Below are positions 7,991-17,296 of a stretch of DNA of 64,000 nt, in pieces. The stretch is from an uncultured Candidatus Saccharibacteria bacterium (lineage in GTDB: Bacteria > Patescibacteriota > Minisyncoccia > Phycocordibacterales > PALSA-1337). Location of the stretch: positions 28,142 to 92,141 of the forward strand of contig CAYIYK010000001.1 of the NCBI GenBank assembly GCA_964367745.1, in the 5' to 3' direction. The first letter of the stretch is position 1; every line of letters begins with the position of its first letter. Made by a program: the position numbers and the translations under genes. Under the pieces are notes generated by a model that did no database searches, had not been told where the DNA came from, and worked only from the letters and a program-made list of their open reading frames with translations.

Positions 7991-8139
7991 TTTTAACGGA
8001 TATGTTAGAGGTATTACAGAAAATTTTCAGTTTTCTACTTTGGGTTCTAACTGGACTTATAATACTTCCTTGCGTCTTTATGGCTTCAGTATATTTTCCA
8101 AAATGGGAAAAGTGGGGTGAGGGTTTTTAAAAATTTAAA

Positions 8140-9525
8140 ATGACACCAACAATATTTGTAATACTTGGAATAACCGGAGACTTGGCTGGTAGAAAATTAC
8201 TGCCCTCACTTTTGAGTCTTTATGTTAAAAAAGAATTACCAAATAAATTTGCTATAGTTGGATTTTCACGAAGATCTTTTACAAGAGAAGAGTTCCGCTC
8301 TTTTATCCGTGAACATATGCATGTTAAGCCAGGTCAATACAGAGAGGAAGATGTAAAGCACTTCATCGATCATATGTATTATGAACAAGGGAATTTCGAC
8401 ACTCCTGAATCATATGCTCAACTTGCTCAAAGATTAAAGAATATCGATGACAATTTTGGTCAATGTTCAAACAAACTCTTCCATCTTTCAACCCCACCTT
8501 CTCTATATGAATCAATATTCGTCCACCTTCACAAATCTGGACTTACAGTTCCTTGTGGTAACGATGAGGGTTGGACAAGAATACTTGTTGAAAAGCCTTT
8601 CGGTAATGATATTGAGACCGCTCGAAAGCTCGACAAAAAGCTCGGAGAACTATTTAAAGAAAATCAGATTTTTAGAATTGATCACTATTTAGCAAAGGAG
8701 GCTTTGCAAAATATTCTTACTTTCCGTTTCGCGAATTCACTTTTCGAACCCTTGTGGAATAAGAACCATATAGATAAGGTTCATATAAAACTAATGGAGA
8801 AAATCGGAGTAGGTAGTAGAGGCGCTTTCTATGATGCTATTGGTGCATTGAAGGATGTAGGACAAAACCATCTTTTACAAATGCTTGCAGTTGTTGCTAT
8901 GGAACCACCTGAGAATTTTGATGCAAAAAATATAAGAAAAGAAAGAGCAAAAGTTCTTGAGAAAATTCAGATAATTCCTACAAAAAATATTTCAAGTAGA
9001 GTAGTTCGTGGACAATACGAAGGTTATAGATTTGAACCTGGAGTAAAAGAGCATACTCAGACTGAAACATATTTTAGAATTGAATCATATATTAACAATG
9101 CTCGTTGGAAGAATGTCCCTTTTTATCTAGAAAGTGGAAAAGAGATGTCAGAACAAAAAACTGAAATAAATATATATTTCAAGAATGATAAAAATGATAA
9201 GACATATGAAGATAGACAAAATGTTCTTACTTTTAGAATACAACCTGATGAACTTATAAAAATTGGTTTCTGGGTAAAGACTCCAGGATTTACTATGGAT
9301 GTTGAACCAAAGACTTTGAAGTTCAAATACAGTGATTTCCCATCACATTCTGTATTACCAGATGCTTATGAAAGAGTACTATATGACGCTATTATTGGAG
9401 ATCAAACCCTATTTACAAGCACAGAAGAAGTTCTTTTCGCTTGGAAATATATTACTTCAATAATGTCAGCTTGGAACAATGTACCTTTGACTGTATATAA
9501 AAAGGGATCACAAGATGTGATATGA
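8140..9525 (+). CDS. zwf: glucose-6-phosphate 1-dehydrogenase
   Basis: GITGDLAGRKLLP dinucleotide-binding motif, the RIDHYLAKE active-site motif and EKPFG. Confidence 0.85.
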   Translation: MTPTIFVILGITGDLAGRKLLPSLLSLYVKKELPNKFAIVGFSRRSFTREEFRSFIREHMHVKPGQYREEDVKHFIDHMYYEQGNFDTPESYAQLAQRLKNIDDNFGQCSNKLFHLSTPPSLYESIFVHLHKSGLTVPCGNDEGWTRILVEKPFGNDIETARKLDKKLGELFKENQIFRIDHYLAKEALQNILTFRFANSLFEPLWNKNHIDKVHIKLMEKIGVGSRGAFYDAIGALKDVGQNHLLQMLAVVAMEPPENFDAKNIRKERAKVLEKIQIIPTKNISSRVVRGQYEGYRFEPGVKEHTQTETYFRIESYINNARWKNVPFYLESGKEMSEQKTEINIYFKNDKNDKTYEDRQNVLTFRIQPDELIKIGFWVKTPGFTMDVEPKTLKFKYSDFPSHSVLPDAYERVLYDAIIGDQTLFTSTEEVLFAWKYITSIMSAWNNVPLTVYKKGSQDVI

Positions 9526-9549
9526 TAATTAAAAAATAATAATAAATTT

Positions 9550-9777
9550 ATGTTTCAAAATTTCCTGTTAAAACAAATGTTAAAGAAGCAGATGAAAGAT
9601 GTTCCGGCAGAACAGCAAGAGCAGATTTTTACTATGATAGAAAAGAATCCAGACTTTTTTATGAAAATCGCAAATGAAGTTCAAGAAAAAGTAAAAGGTG
9701 GAATGCCTCAGCAAGATGCGATGATGATGGTGATGAAGAGTCATCAAGATGAGTTAAAGAAGGTGATGGGGAAATAA
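9550..9777 (+). CDS. hypothetical small protein (75 aa)
   Basis: ORF track only. Confidence 0.3.
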   Translation: MFQNFLLKQMLKKQMKDVPAEQQEQIFTMIEKNPDFFMKIANEVQEKVKGGMPQQDAMMMVMKSHQDELKKVMGK

Positions 9778-11523
9778 ATGAATTATACATACAAAAGAAC
9801 TATAGCTTTTTTTGTTCAATTTCTAAAACCATATAAATGGATAGTGATTTTGTCTTTCCTGCTTTCATTTGTTGCATCAATATCAACTCTTTACAATGCA
9901 TTCGCTCTATCTCAGATTATTGATTTTGTATTTAAATATAGTAAAGGGGATTCACTGTCAGAAATATATTCTATAATTTATGTATGGTTATTGGTAATAA
10001 TTATCAGGTATGCAAGTATTTTTTACTCCCGTTCATCAGCAGTATTTATTGCAGAAAGGGCAGCAATAGATACTGAAATTTTTTCAGTAAATCATATTGC
10101 AAAAATTGATATTTCTTGGCATGAAAAAGAAAATAGTGGAAATAAAATAAAAAGAATTGAGCGTGCTTCAAGAAGTATTGTGGAAATGGTAAGACTCTGG
10201 AGAGGGACAGTTGTTGATATTATAGTAAATTTTTTAGGTATAGTTTTTATCATCTATCAATTTGATAGCATGCTAGTTTTGTTTATAGTAGTTTACCAAG
10301 TGATTTACTATTTCATAGCCAGTGCAACTAGAGAAAGAGGTATTAAGGCCATGCTTGAGGCAAATATAAAGGACGAAGTTATAACTGGTTTTTGGTACGA
10401 AATTGCTTCAAATATTAGAAGTATAAAAGTATTAGGGATGGCGGCAAAAATAATTGAGTATGCCAGAGACAAGTCCGAAGAATATTTAATTGATGTTAAA
10501 AGAAGAATTTTCTGGTTTCAATTGGGAGGAGTATCCGAAGGAACATTTGAAGCATTTACAAGAATCTTTTTTATAATTTATATTATTTGGGGAATAACTG
10601 AAGGGCGATACGAGCCGGGTTTTTTGGTTTTATTTTATTCGTATTTTAATACACTTAGCAATTCTGTCGGTCAATTATCAGATGTGGCTCAAGATACCGC
10701 AACTGCAAAGTCTAATATCGGTAGATTAACAGAGATTTTGGATGAACCAATTCTAATTGATGATGAAAAAAATAAAGTAGATTTTCCTAGTAATTGGAAC
10801 AGTGTTAAGATTAAAAATCTTTCTTTTGAATATGGTAAAAGCAAAGTACTTAATAATATAAATATTGAAATTAAGAAGGGTGAAAAGCTGGGTATTGTGG
10901 GTCTTTCTGGTGCTGGTAAATCAACGCTTTTCAAATTACTTTTGAAAGAATATGAAAACTATGAAGGTAATATAATGATCGGAGACACTTCACTAAAAGA
11001 TATTAATAAAAAAAGTTACGTTCAACATATTGCTGCGGTTTTACAGGAGACAGAGGTATTTAATATGAGTTTGCATAAAAATATTACTATTGCGAATAGT
11101 GATCAAATGGAAAATAAGAATCTGTTTGAAAGGTCATTAGATATTGCACATATTAAGGACTTTTTAAGCAAATTGCCTTCTGGTGAAGAAACATTGATTG
11201 GTGAAAAAGGTATTAAATTATCAGGTGGAGAGAGACAGAGATTGGGTATTGCCAGAGCAGTATTTAAGAACCCAGAAATTCTTTTCTTAGACGAAGCAAC
11301 TTCACATTTGGATGTCGAATCTGAGAGAAAAATTCAAGATACCTTAAAAATATTTTTTAAGGATGTCACCGCGGTTGTTATCGCTCATAGATTGTCAACT
11401 ATAAGGGAAATGGATAGGATTATTGTACTTGAAAATGGTCAAATAATTGAAGAGGGAACATTCGATGAACTACACTCTAAAGAAAGTAGATTTAAAGAGT
11501 TTTGGGATAAACAAAAAATATAA
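9778..11523 (+). CDS. ABC exporter, fused permease and ATPase
   Basis: N-terminal six-TM domain. Walker A GLSGAGKST, signature LSGGERQRLGIARA, Walker B ILFLDEATSHLD. Confidence 0.8.
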   Translation: MNYTYKRTIAFFVQFLKPYKWIVILSFLLSFVASISTLYNAFALSQIIDFVFKYSKGDSLSEIYSIIYVWLLVIIIRYASIFYSRSSAVFIAERAAIDTEIFSVNHIAKIDISWHEKENSGNKIKRIERASRSIVEMVRLWRGTVVDIIVNFLGIVFIIYQFDSMLVLFIVVYQVIYYFIASATRERGIKAMLEANIKDEVITGFWYEIASNIRSIKVLGMAAKIIEYARDKSEEYLIDVKRRIFWFQLGGVSEGTFEAFTRIFFIIYIIWGITEGRYEPGFLVLFYSYFNTLSNSVGQLSDVAQDTATAKSNIGRLTEILDEPILIDDEKNKVDFPSNWNSVKIKNLSFEYGKSKVLNNINIEIKKGEKLGIVGLSGAGKSTLFKLLLKEYENYEGNIMIGDTSLKDINKKSYVQHIAAVLQETEVFNMSLHKNITIANSDQMENKNLFERSLDIAHIKDFLSKLPSGEETLIGEKGIKLSGGERQRLGIARAVFKNPEILFLDEATSHLDVESERKIQDTLKIFFKDVTAVVIAHRLSTIREMDRIIVLENGQIIEEGTFDELHSKESRFKEFWDKQKI

Positions 11524-11550
11524 AAGAGGACCACTATGTCCTCTTTTTAT
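11524..11550 (+). terminator. rho-independent terminator
   Basis: agaggac-cactat-gtcctct followed by ttttatttg. Confidence 0.55.
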
Positions 11551-11738
11551 TTGTGATTGGTGTGTGTGAAAAGTACATGAATCGGTTTGAACAATACATA
11601 TGCTAGAAAGCATAGAATTGACACGATTGAAGAGATTACGATTTGAATCGTAATGCCAACTTTATTTAAAAATTTCATATCTTCACAAATTTTAACACAT
11701 ATATTTGTAAATTATCTATTTTCTGTTAATCTTCTACT

Positions 11739-12836
11739 ATGTCACTTTCAATTGGTATCGTAGGCTTACCCAACGTTGGTAAATCAACACTTTTCAACGC
11801 TCTTACAAAAAAGAGTGTTCTTGTTGCAAACTATCCTTTCGCAACGATTGATCCTTCAGTTGGCGTTGTTGCTGTTCCTGATGAAAGACTTTGGAAACTC
11901 TCAGAATTCTCAAAGACTCAAAAGACTGTTCCTGCAGTTGTTGAATTCGTAGATATCGCTGGATTGGTAAAGGGGGCTTCAGACGGTGAAGGATTGGGAA
12001 ATCAATTCCTTACAAATATTCGTGAGACTGATGCAATAGCAGAAGTTGTTCGTATTTTTGAAGATGACAATATCATCCACGTAGATGGGAAAATAAATCC
12101 AGTTAAAGATATAGAAGTAATAAATCTTGAATTGATACTTGCTGATCTTCAAACAGTTACAAAAAGACTTTCAAACCTTACAAGAGAAGTAAAAACAGGA
12201 AAAAAAGAAGCGATTCTAGAAAATAGTTTGGTAGAGAAAATAAAGATAGCACTTGATGCCGGCAAGCTAGCTTCAACAGTAGTTCCAGACGAATTCGAAA
12301 GACCATTCCTAAAGTCACTTCACCTTTTGACCTCAAAACCTTTTATGTATATTTTGAATAAAAAAGCGGGAGGTAAAAATCTAGATGAAATAAAAGATGC
12401 AAGATGGGATGCTTTGATAAAATTCCTAAATGAAAGTAATTCTAAATGGGTAATAGTTGATGCTGGTATAGAACATGAATTAAAGGATATAGATGATAAA
12501 GATAAAAAAGAATTGAGAGAGGGACTTGGAGCAAGTGACGATGGTATAGATGATCTTATAAAAAAAGGATATGAGCTTTTGAATCTAATAACATATTTTA
12601 CAACTGGAGAAAAAGAAACTCGAGCTTGGACTATAGGGCGAGGTTGGACAGCACCAAAGGCTGGAACTGCTATACATGGAGATTTCGAAGAGAAGTTTAT
12701 ACGAGCTGAAGTAATAGAGTGGGATAAATTGATAGAGTCAGGATCATTTGGAAATGCTAGAGAAAAGGGATTGTTAAGAACAGAAGGGAAAGAGTATATA
12801 GTAAAAGATGGGGATGTAATGGAGTTTAAGGTCTAA
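11739..12836 (+). CDS. ychF: ribosome-binding ATPase YchF (Obg-family GTPase)
   Basis: G1 motif GIVGLPNVGKSTLFNALT. C-terminal TGS-like region. Ends DGDVMEFKV*, where the canonical YchF ending is ...DGDVMHFRFNV. Confidence 0.9.
   Translation: MSLSIGIVGLPNVGKSTLFNALTKKSVLVANYPFATIDPSVGVVAVPDERLWKLSEFSKTQKTVPAVVEFVDIAGLVKGASDGEGLGNQFLTNIRETDAIAEVVRIFEDDNIIHVDGKINPVKDIEVINLELILADLQTVTKRLSNLTREVKTGKKEAILENSLVEKIKIALDAGKLASTVVPDEFERPFLKSLHLLTSKPFMYILNKKAGGKNLDEIKDARWDALIKFLNESNSKWVIVDAGIEHELKDIDDKDKKELREGLGASDDGIDDLIKKGYELLNLITYFTTGEKETRAWTIGRGWTAPKAGTAIHGDFEEKFIRAEVIEWDKLIESGSFGNAREKGLLRTEGKEYIVKDGDVMEFKV
12807..12836 (+). repeat. R0: native 3' end of ychF (gatggggatgtaatggagtttaaggtctaa), the prototype of the cassette-boundary repeat
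   Basis: Seen directly. Seven further degenerate direct copies lie downstream. Confidence 0.8.
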
Positions 12837-12890
12837 GTGAAAGTGCCGCCCGATTTTCATCGAACGGCACTTGATTAGACCCTTGACGGG

Positions 12891-13124
12891 TCACTGAGTG
12901 ATCATGAGTTTCAGCAGATTCTTCACTGCAACAGTTCGATTCCTTTTGCTTTTGCTTCCGTGCGCCCGTTTGACATTGCGCACGGCGGCAGCCAATTGGA
13001 AATCTTGCTTTTTGCAGAGCTGATCTTGAAGCTCTTCACATACTGACAGGATGTTAGACATAATGTGCTTTCTGTTGAAGTTAAAACTGAGGCAAAAGTA
13101 ACACATGTGCATGATACCTGTCAA
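12891..13124 (-). CDS. cassette A: hypothetical small protein in a GC-rich segment
   Basis: ORF track. The surrounding 12840-13130 contains several GC hairpins (gtgccg...cggcac and ccgtgcgc...gcgcacgg). Confidence 0.3.
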   Translation of the reverse strand: MTGIMHMCYFCLSFNFNRKHIMSNILSVCEELQDQLCKKQDFQLAAAVRNVKRAHGSKSKRNRTVAVKNLLKLMITQ

Positions 13125-13135
13125 GTATACAAAGA

Positions 13136-13162
13136 CAGCGGTGTTACAGAGTTTAAGATCTA
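13136..13162 (+). repeat. R1: agcggtgttacagagtttaagatctaa
   Basis: Degenerate copy of R0. Confidence 0.6.
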
Positions 13163-13202
13163 ACTATTTACATATAAATTATTTCGTTGTATAGTAGCCA
13201 TA

Positions 13203-13613
13203 GTGAGTAGCTGGTTGTATGGAGGGACACCGGTGTCTCAAACAATATACCAAAATAAAAATTGTATGTATGTATTAGTTTGTGTGCAGTTATCTTCAGG
13301 GAAGAGTGGATACAAAAGCAAAGGTGACGCCATCCCTTGTTTTTCTAGAAACCAGGATCCGCTTGAATCTGCAAAAATGGCAATAGTTCATTTGCTTAAA
13401 CCTGGACCAGATGAAAAAGTTGAACTTGAATATCTGGGTCAATTACAAAGTGATGGTAAAACGTATGCTCTTGTTGTGGACAATAATGATCCGGCTGACT
13501 GGGTGGTCTACGTTAAAGAAATCCTCCCAAATGATGAAGTCGTGGATCTTCGTCATCATTACTCAGGCACATGGACTCATTTCTATTTCAAGAGTATTTG
13601 CCGTAAGCTCTAG
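13203..13613 (+). CDS. cassette B: hypothetical protein
   Basis: ORF track. The true start may be the internal Met (MAIVHLLKPG...). Confidence 0.3.
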   Translation: MSSWLYGGTPVSQTIYQNKNCMYVLVCVQLSSGKSGYKSKGDAIPCFSRNQDPLESAKMAIVHLLKPGPDEKVELEYLGQLQSDGKTYALVVDNNDPADWVVYVKEILPNDEVVDLRHHYSGTWTHFYFKSICRKL

Positions 13614-13673
13614 ACCTACACTTCGACACAGGAACCCCTTTCGCAAGATGTGGGTTTTTCTTTTTATAAAATA

Positions 13674-13700
13674 GAGGATGTGATGGAGTTTAGGATTTAG
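13674..13700 (+). repeat. R2: gaggatgtgatggagtttaggatttag
   Basis: Near-exact copy of the ychF tail. Confidence 0.75.
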
Positions 13701-13708
13701 ACATCTCG

Positions 13709-14131
13709 TTGTATAATATATTTAATATGAAATCACAAAAAATATTAATTGCTGTTTTGTTAGTAATTATAATTGTGCTATCAGTAATATTATATAGATC
13801 AACTCCTAATATCTCAGAAAAAGATTTTGTAGAAGTAATCGCTAAAGGAATTGTTGTAGACAACAATCTAGAAAATCCTGAGATTGGATCATATATACAT
13901 TTAAAGCAACAGACTACAAATGATGACCTATTCGTTATTTACAAGCCATTTCTTAATGGTAAACAAGTGGATTGTTTAAATCCAATTGATGTAAGTAGTA
14001 TATCTGTAAAACCAAGTACTGTAGTAGAAGTTAAAGGAAAGTATCTAAGTAAGGTTAATGGACAACCTCCAACTAATCTCATGATTTCTGCTTGTGAGTC
14101 ACCAACTTCTTATATAAAGGTTATAAAATAA
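13709..14131 (+). CDS. cassette C: small membrane-anchored extracytoplasmic protein
   Basis: N-terminal TM anchor KILIAVLLVIIIVLSVILY followed by a soluble ~110-aa domain. A TATAAT-like hexamer at 13713-13718 suggests the real start is Met 13727. Confidence 0.4.
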   Translation: MYNIFNMKSQKILIAVLLVIIIVLSVILYRSTPNISEKDFVEVIAKGIVVDNNLENPEIGSYIHLKQQTTNDDLFVIYKPFLNGKQVDCLNPIDVSSISVKPSTVVEVKGKYLSKVNGQPPTNLMISACESPTSYIKVIK

Positions 14132-14146
14132 GTTTATTAAAAAAAT

Positions 14147-14173
14147 GATGCTGTCATGAAGTTTAAGATTTAG
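14147..14173 (+). repeat. R3: gatgctgtcatgaagtttaagatttag
   Basis: Degenerate copy. Ends 5 nt before the start of cassette D. Confidence 0.65.
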
Positions 14174-14178
14174 GAATT

Positions 14179-14571
14179 ATGATTAAAAGAATTCTAATTG
14201 TTACAGGAATAACCCTGGCCTTGATTGTCTTAGGGATAAGCTTGTTAATATATCTGTTCGGAAAATCTATGTGTGGTGATGATCAGTTTGTGAAATATCT
14301 GTCTCCTAACGAAAAACATGAGATTGTAAAGTATCGAAGTAATTGTGGAGCTATGACAACATATGTCTATAATGTGGAACTAGATGGAAAAACCATTCTT
14401 CGTTATACGTATGGAGAACCAGTTTTAGTTAAATGGATAGATGATAAAAAAGTTTCTATCGAAATGGCTTCAAGTTCACCATACATGAAGACATATAAAA
14501 TCCTAGAAAACTATAAAAATGTTCAAATAAATTTTGATCAGGATATCAAAAATAGTTACAGAGTAAACTAA
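14179..14571 (+). CDS. cassette D: small membrane-anchored extracytoplasmic protein
   Basis: N-terminal TM anchor ILIVTGITLALIVLGISLLIYLF. Cys-containing soluble domain. Confidence 0.45.
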   Translation: MIKRILIVTGITLALIVLGISLLIYLFGKSMCGDDQFVKYLSPNEKHEIVKYRSNCGAMTTYVYNVELDGKTILRYTYGEPVLVKWIDDKKVSIEMASSSPYMKTYKILENYKNVQINFDQDIKNSYRVN

Positions 14572-14580
14572 TTAGAAAAT

Positions 14581-14608
14581 AGCGGTGTTATAAAGTTTAG
14601 AGTGCTAA
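14581..14608 (+). repeat. R4: agcggtgttataaagtttagagtgctaa
   Basis: Degenerate copy. It shares its 5' part agcggtgtta with R1. Confidence 0.55.
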
Positions 14609-14685
14609 TTCACTATTTAGAAGTTGACATGTTATATATTAACTTATATAGTTTAAAATAGTAAACTTAGACGAATGATCTTGTT

Positions 14686-14913
14686 ATGCAAAATTTGAAA
14701 AAAGGGGATGTAATTAAGTGTAGTTTTAACGGTTACGAATTTCAAGTATCCGAAGTGGTGCGCCATCCAAAATACGACAATGACGGAGTCCCAAGCAGTG
14801 TTCGTGGTCATTACGTGGGTGGTGGTGCTAGTGGCTCGGATCTTCTTTATTTCGGTGGCAAGCATCCTCCATATAATTGGCGAGATTGGAGTGTCATTAA
14901 ACAAACTGCGTAG
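14686..14913 (+). CDS. cassette E: hypothetical small protein (75 aa)
   Basis: ORF track. Confidence 0.3.
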   Translation: MQNLKKGDVIKCSFNGYEFQVSEVVRHPKYDNDGVPSSVRGHYVGGGASGSDLLYFGGKHPPYNWRDWSVIKQTA

Positions 14914-14953
14914 TTTACATCTAAATAGGATTTCAAAAAAGAAAGGAACACAG

Positions 14954-15151
14954 ATGAATACATTACTTAAGGAATTCTACAATGCAAGTACTAATGAACA
15001 GGATCAGGCAAAGAAAATTCTTTTTACAGTATTTTTTGATCTGATTGCACGTGTTGGTTTTGTAGAATTCTGGAACTCGTGTGATGAAAACAGTAAAAAT
15101 GAAATTCTCCAGAAAAATTTGGAGAAAATTCGCGCACTGGCACAATCTTAA
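14954..15151 (+). CDS. cassette E: hypothetical small protein (about 65 aa)
   Basis: Internal Met of ORF 14780-15151. Followed by a strong terminator. Confidence 0.3.
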   Translation: MNTLLKEFYNASTNEQDQAKKILFTVFFDLIARVGFVEFWNSCDENSKNEILQKNLEKIRALAQS

Positions 15152-15200
15152 CCCATCATCTCAACACGGAAAATTCACGTCGCGAGATGGTGGGTTTTCT
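15151..15200 (+). terminator. rho-independent terminator
   Basis: acccatcatctc-N17-gagatggtgggt followed by tttct. Confidence 0.6.
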
Positions 15201-15208
15201 GTTGGGAA

Positions 15209-15238
15209 GATGGTGGTGCGGTGGAGTTTAGGATTTAG
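15209..15238 (+). repeat. R5: gatggtggtgcggtggagtttaggatttag
   Basis: Degenerate copy. Translates DGGAVEFRI*. Confidence 0.7.
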
Positions 15239-15240
15239 GT

Positions 15241-15456
15241 AAAAAATAGCCCCGTCTGGACGTGTTCTGGCTAGGCCAGGGTACCAAACGGGGGTTGCAA
15301 CCATGACACACGCTTGACTACTGAGTCAGCTTTCGGCGAACCGAGAAGAACTACATGTGTCTACGTTTTATTTGCAACGAGGCCTGCATCGTGAGGCGTC
15401 TCCCGAATAAAATATAGCACTCCAGAACATGGTTGTCTAATTAGGTAATCTAAAGA
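15241..15456 (+). other. cassette F: GC-rich non-coding segment with multiple short hairpins; possibly a structured RNA or a decayed cassette
   Basis: No ORF of 60 aa or more. Hairpins include ccccgt...acgggg, ctggc-tag-gccag and tgact-actg-agtca. Confidence 0.3.
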
Positions 15457-15486
15457 GATGCGGGTTACAGAGTTTTGTCTCAATAA
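15457..15486 (+). repeat. R6: gatgcgggttacagagttttgtctcaataa (most degenerate copy)
   Basis: Retains gttacagagttt and the spacing to a stop codon. Confidence 0.4.
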
Positions 15487-15562
15487 ATTAATAAATATGA
15501 ATTTATGACGGTGGCAAAAAAGCTTTATATGTAGGCTATTTTCGTGGTATATTATTTATAAT

Positions 15563-16531
15563 ATGGAGCTGACTCGCAGATTTACCCAATTAAATAGACA
15601 TAATTCAGACATTGCTGGAGGTAAGGGTGCTTCGCTTGGTGAAATGACACAGGCGGGTATTTCAGTTCCTCCTGGTTTTGTGGTCCTTGCAGAATCCTTT
15701 GAGCAATTTATTAAGAAGACCGATCTTGTTCAGGAAATAGATGCTATCTTACATAAGGTTAAACATAACGAAATCCATACTGTTGAAGCGGCGTCAGAGA
15801 AAATTCGTGAACTTATTTTGAATGCAGAAATGCCTACGCATATTGCTGAGGATATTTTAAGACAATTTAAAGAATTAAATAATAAGTATGTCGCCGTTAG
15901 GTCTTCCGCCACCGCCGAAGACGGCATGGATCATGCATGGGCCGGACAACTTGAGTCATATTTAAACACTACAGAAGAAGATGTTCTCACAAAGGTAAAA
16001 CTTTGTTGGTCATCTTTATTTACTCCCCGTGCAATTTTCTATCGTTTTGAAAAGAGTCTTCATTCAACAAAAATATCAGTGGCCGTTGTGGTACAAAAAA
16101 TGGTTGAATCAGAGGTCTCGGGTATTGCATTTTCAGTGCATCCAGTCACAGAAGATTACAACCAGCTTATTATTGAGGCAGGATTCGGTCTTGGTGAGGC
16201 TATTGTTTCAGGATCAGTCACTCCTGATTCGTATGTAGTCGAAAAAGATCCGAGAAATATCTTGGATATTAATATTTCGACACAAGATCGAGCTTTGTAC
16301 CGATCAGAAAAAGCTTCTATAGAGCATGGAAATAACGAATGGAAAACTATTCCTGAGCCAAAAGCATCATCTCAAGTGCTTACGGAAAAGCAAATCTTGG
16401 AACTTTCAGAAATTATTCTTAAAATTGAAGATCATTATGTTTTTCCATGTGACATTGAATGGGCTTTCGAAGAAGGAAAGTTCTACATCGTTCAATCAAG
16501 ACCAATTACAACACTTTCAAAAAACAGATAA
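15563..16531 (+). CDS. PEP-utilising-enzyme N-terminal nucleotide-binding (PPDK_N, ATP-grasp-like) domain protein; the N-terminal half of an RPH/PEP-synthase-like phosphotransferase
   Basis: GGKGASLGEM, FVVLAESFEQF and AVRSSATAEDG, and it ends IVQSRPITTL. This is the classic PpsA/PPDK/rifampin-phosphotransferase ATP-binding domain, and it stops at the domain boundary. Confidence 0.7.
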   Translation: MELTRRFTQLNRHNSDIAGGKGASLGEMTQAGISVPPGFVVLAESFEQFIKKTDLVQEIDAILHKVKHNEIHTVEAASEKIRELILNAEMPTHIAEDILRQFKELNNKYVAVRSSATAEDGMDHAWAGQLESYLNTTEEDVLTKVKLCWSSLFTPRAIFYRFEKSLHSTKISVAVVVQKMVESEVSGIAFSVHPVTEDYNQLIIEAGFGLGEAIVSGSVTPDSYVVEKDPRNILDINISTQDRALYRSEKASIEHGNNEWKTIPEPKASSQVLTEKQILELSEIILKIEDHYVFPCDIEWAFEEGKFYIVQSRPITTLSKNR

Positions 16532-16570
16532 TAAAGGAATAATCAAGATTCTTAAATAAAAAAAAAGAAC

Positions 16571-16600
16571 CCAGAGCAGCAAGTGCACTGGGTTCGTCGA
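16571..16600. terminator. bidirectional terminator between convergent genes
   Basis: aaaaaaaaagaaccca-N15-tgggttcg. It reads as a T-run on the minus strand. Confidence 0.45.
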
Positions 16601-16602
16601 TA

Positions 16603-17202
16603 TTACTTGGGAGGGAGCAAAGTGTCCACACCAAGCAACTGGTTATTTCCGTCGAAACGGAACCGGTAGATTCCCGCTTTTGGAAGCGTCTGCTTCCGAG
16701 GCGGAAACGATGTGTCTAGCAATCCTCGCAGAATACCGAGAAGGGGTTGATGACTCACAAACAGAGCTGACTGACCGAGCTGAATCTTATTCAGAATCTC
16801 GGTAGCCGTCTTTTGAATGTGGGCACCTTCCCGTTCGCAGAAATCTGGAATGAAAGCTTCAACTTGGTCCAAGTCTTGAGGATGACGCTCTGGTTCGAGT
16901 GCCTGATAGACGTCGTCGAGCTCTTTTTCAAGGAGCGGAGCTAGTCCGGTGAGCACTTCCCATGATCCATTCGGAACCGCAATTTCTGCAGTCTCCCGCG
17001 CCCGCACAAATGGCGAGTGGGCGAGATATGCAAATTCGGTATCTGTCAGATGGGTAGCACGGACTATCTCAATCTCCTCTCGGCCTTGCGGATAGAGGGG
17101 AGACCGGGATTGCCACATTCCATGAACTCGGATGTCTTCCTCGAGCTGGTTGTTGCCGTGGCGCATTGCCCACAGCCACTTTTCATCAGTTGGCGTTTTC
17201 AA
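16603..17202 (-). CDS. histidine-phosphatase superfamily protein (PGAM/SixA-like), in a GC-rich gene (about 50% GC by eye)
   Basis: RHG catalytic motif LWAMRHGNN. The second motif is SPFVRARETA. The composition contrasts sharply with its neighbours. Confidence 0.7.
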   Translation of the reverse strand: MKTPTDEKWLWAMRHGNNQLEEDIRVHGMWQSRSPLYPQGREEIEIVRATHLTDTEFAYLAHSPFVRARETAEIAVPNGSWEVLTGLAPLLEKELDDVYQALEPERHPQDLDQVEAFIPDFCEREGAHIQKTATEILNKIQLGQSALFVSHQPLLGILRGLLDTSFPPRKQTLPKAGIYRFRFDGNNQLLGVDTLLPPK

Positions 17203-17296
17203 TCCACACCTCCATATTTATTAGTTTTATGATATACTGCTGTCAAAGAGACCTTGAGCAATTATATCACATTAGACGGCTTACGTCAATAATTTT

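Noticed and set aside
8012-8140. 42-aa hydrophobic ORF between ppa and zwf
   Set aside because: It could be a small membrane peptide, but there is no RBS, no conservation evidence and it is below threshold. It is not called.
13621-13660. Shared 10-mer ctttcgcaag at 4481-4490 and 13641-13650 as a functional repeat
   Set aside because: It is too short, and both copies sit in unrelated terminator-like contexts. It is probably coincidence.
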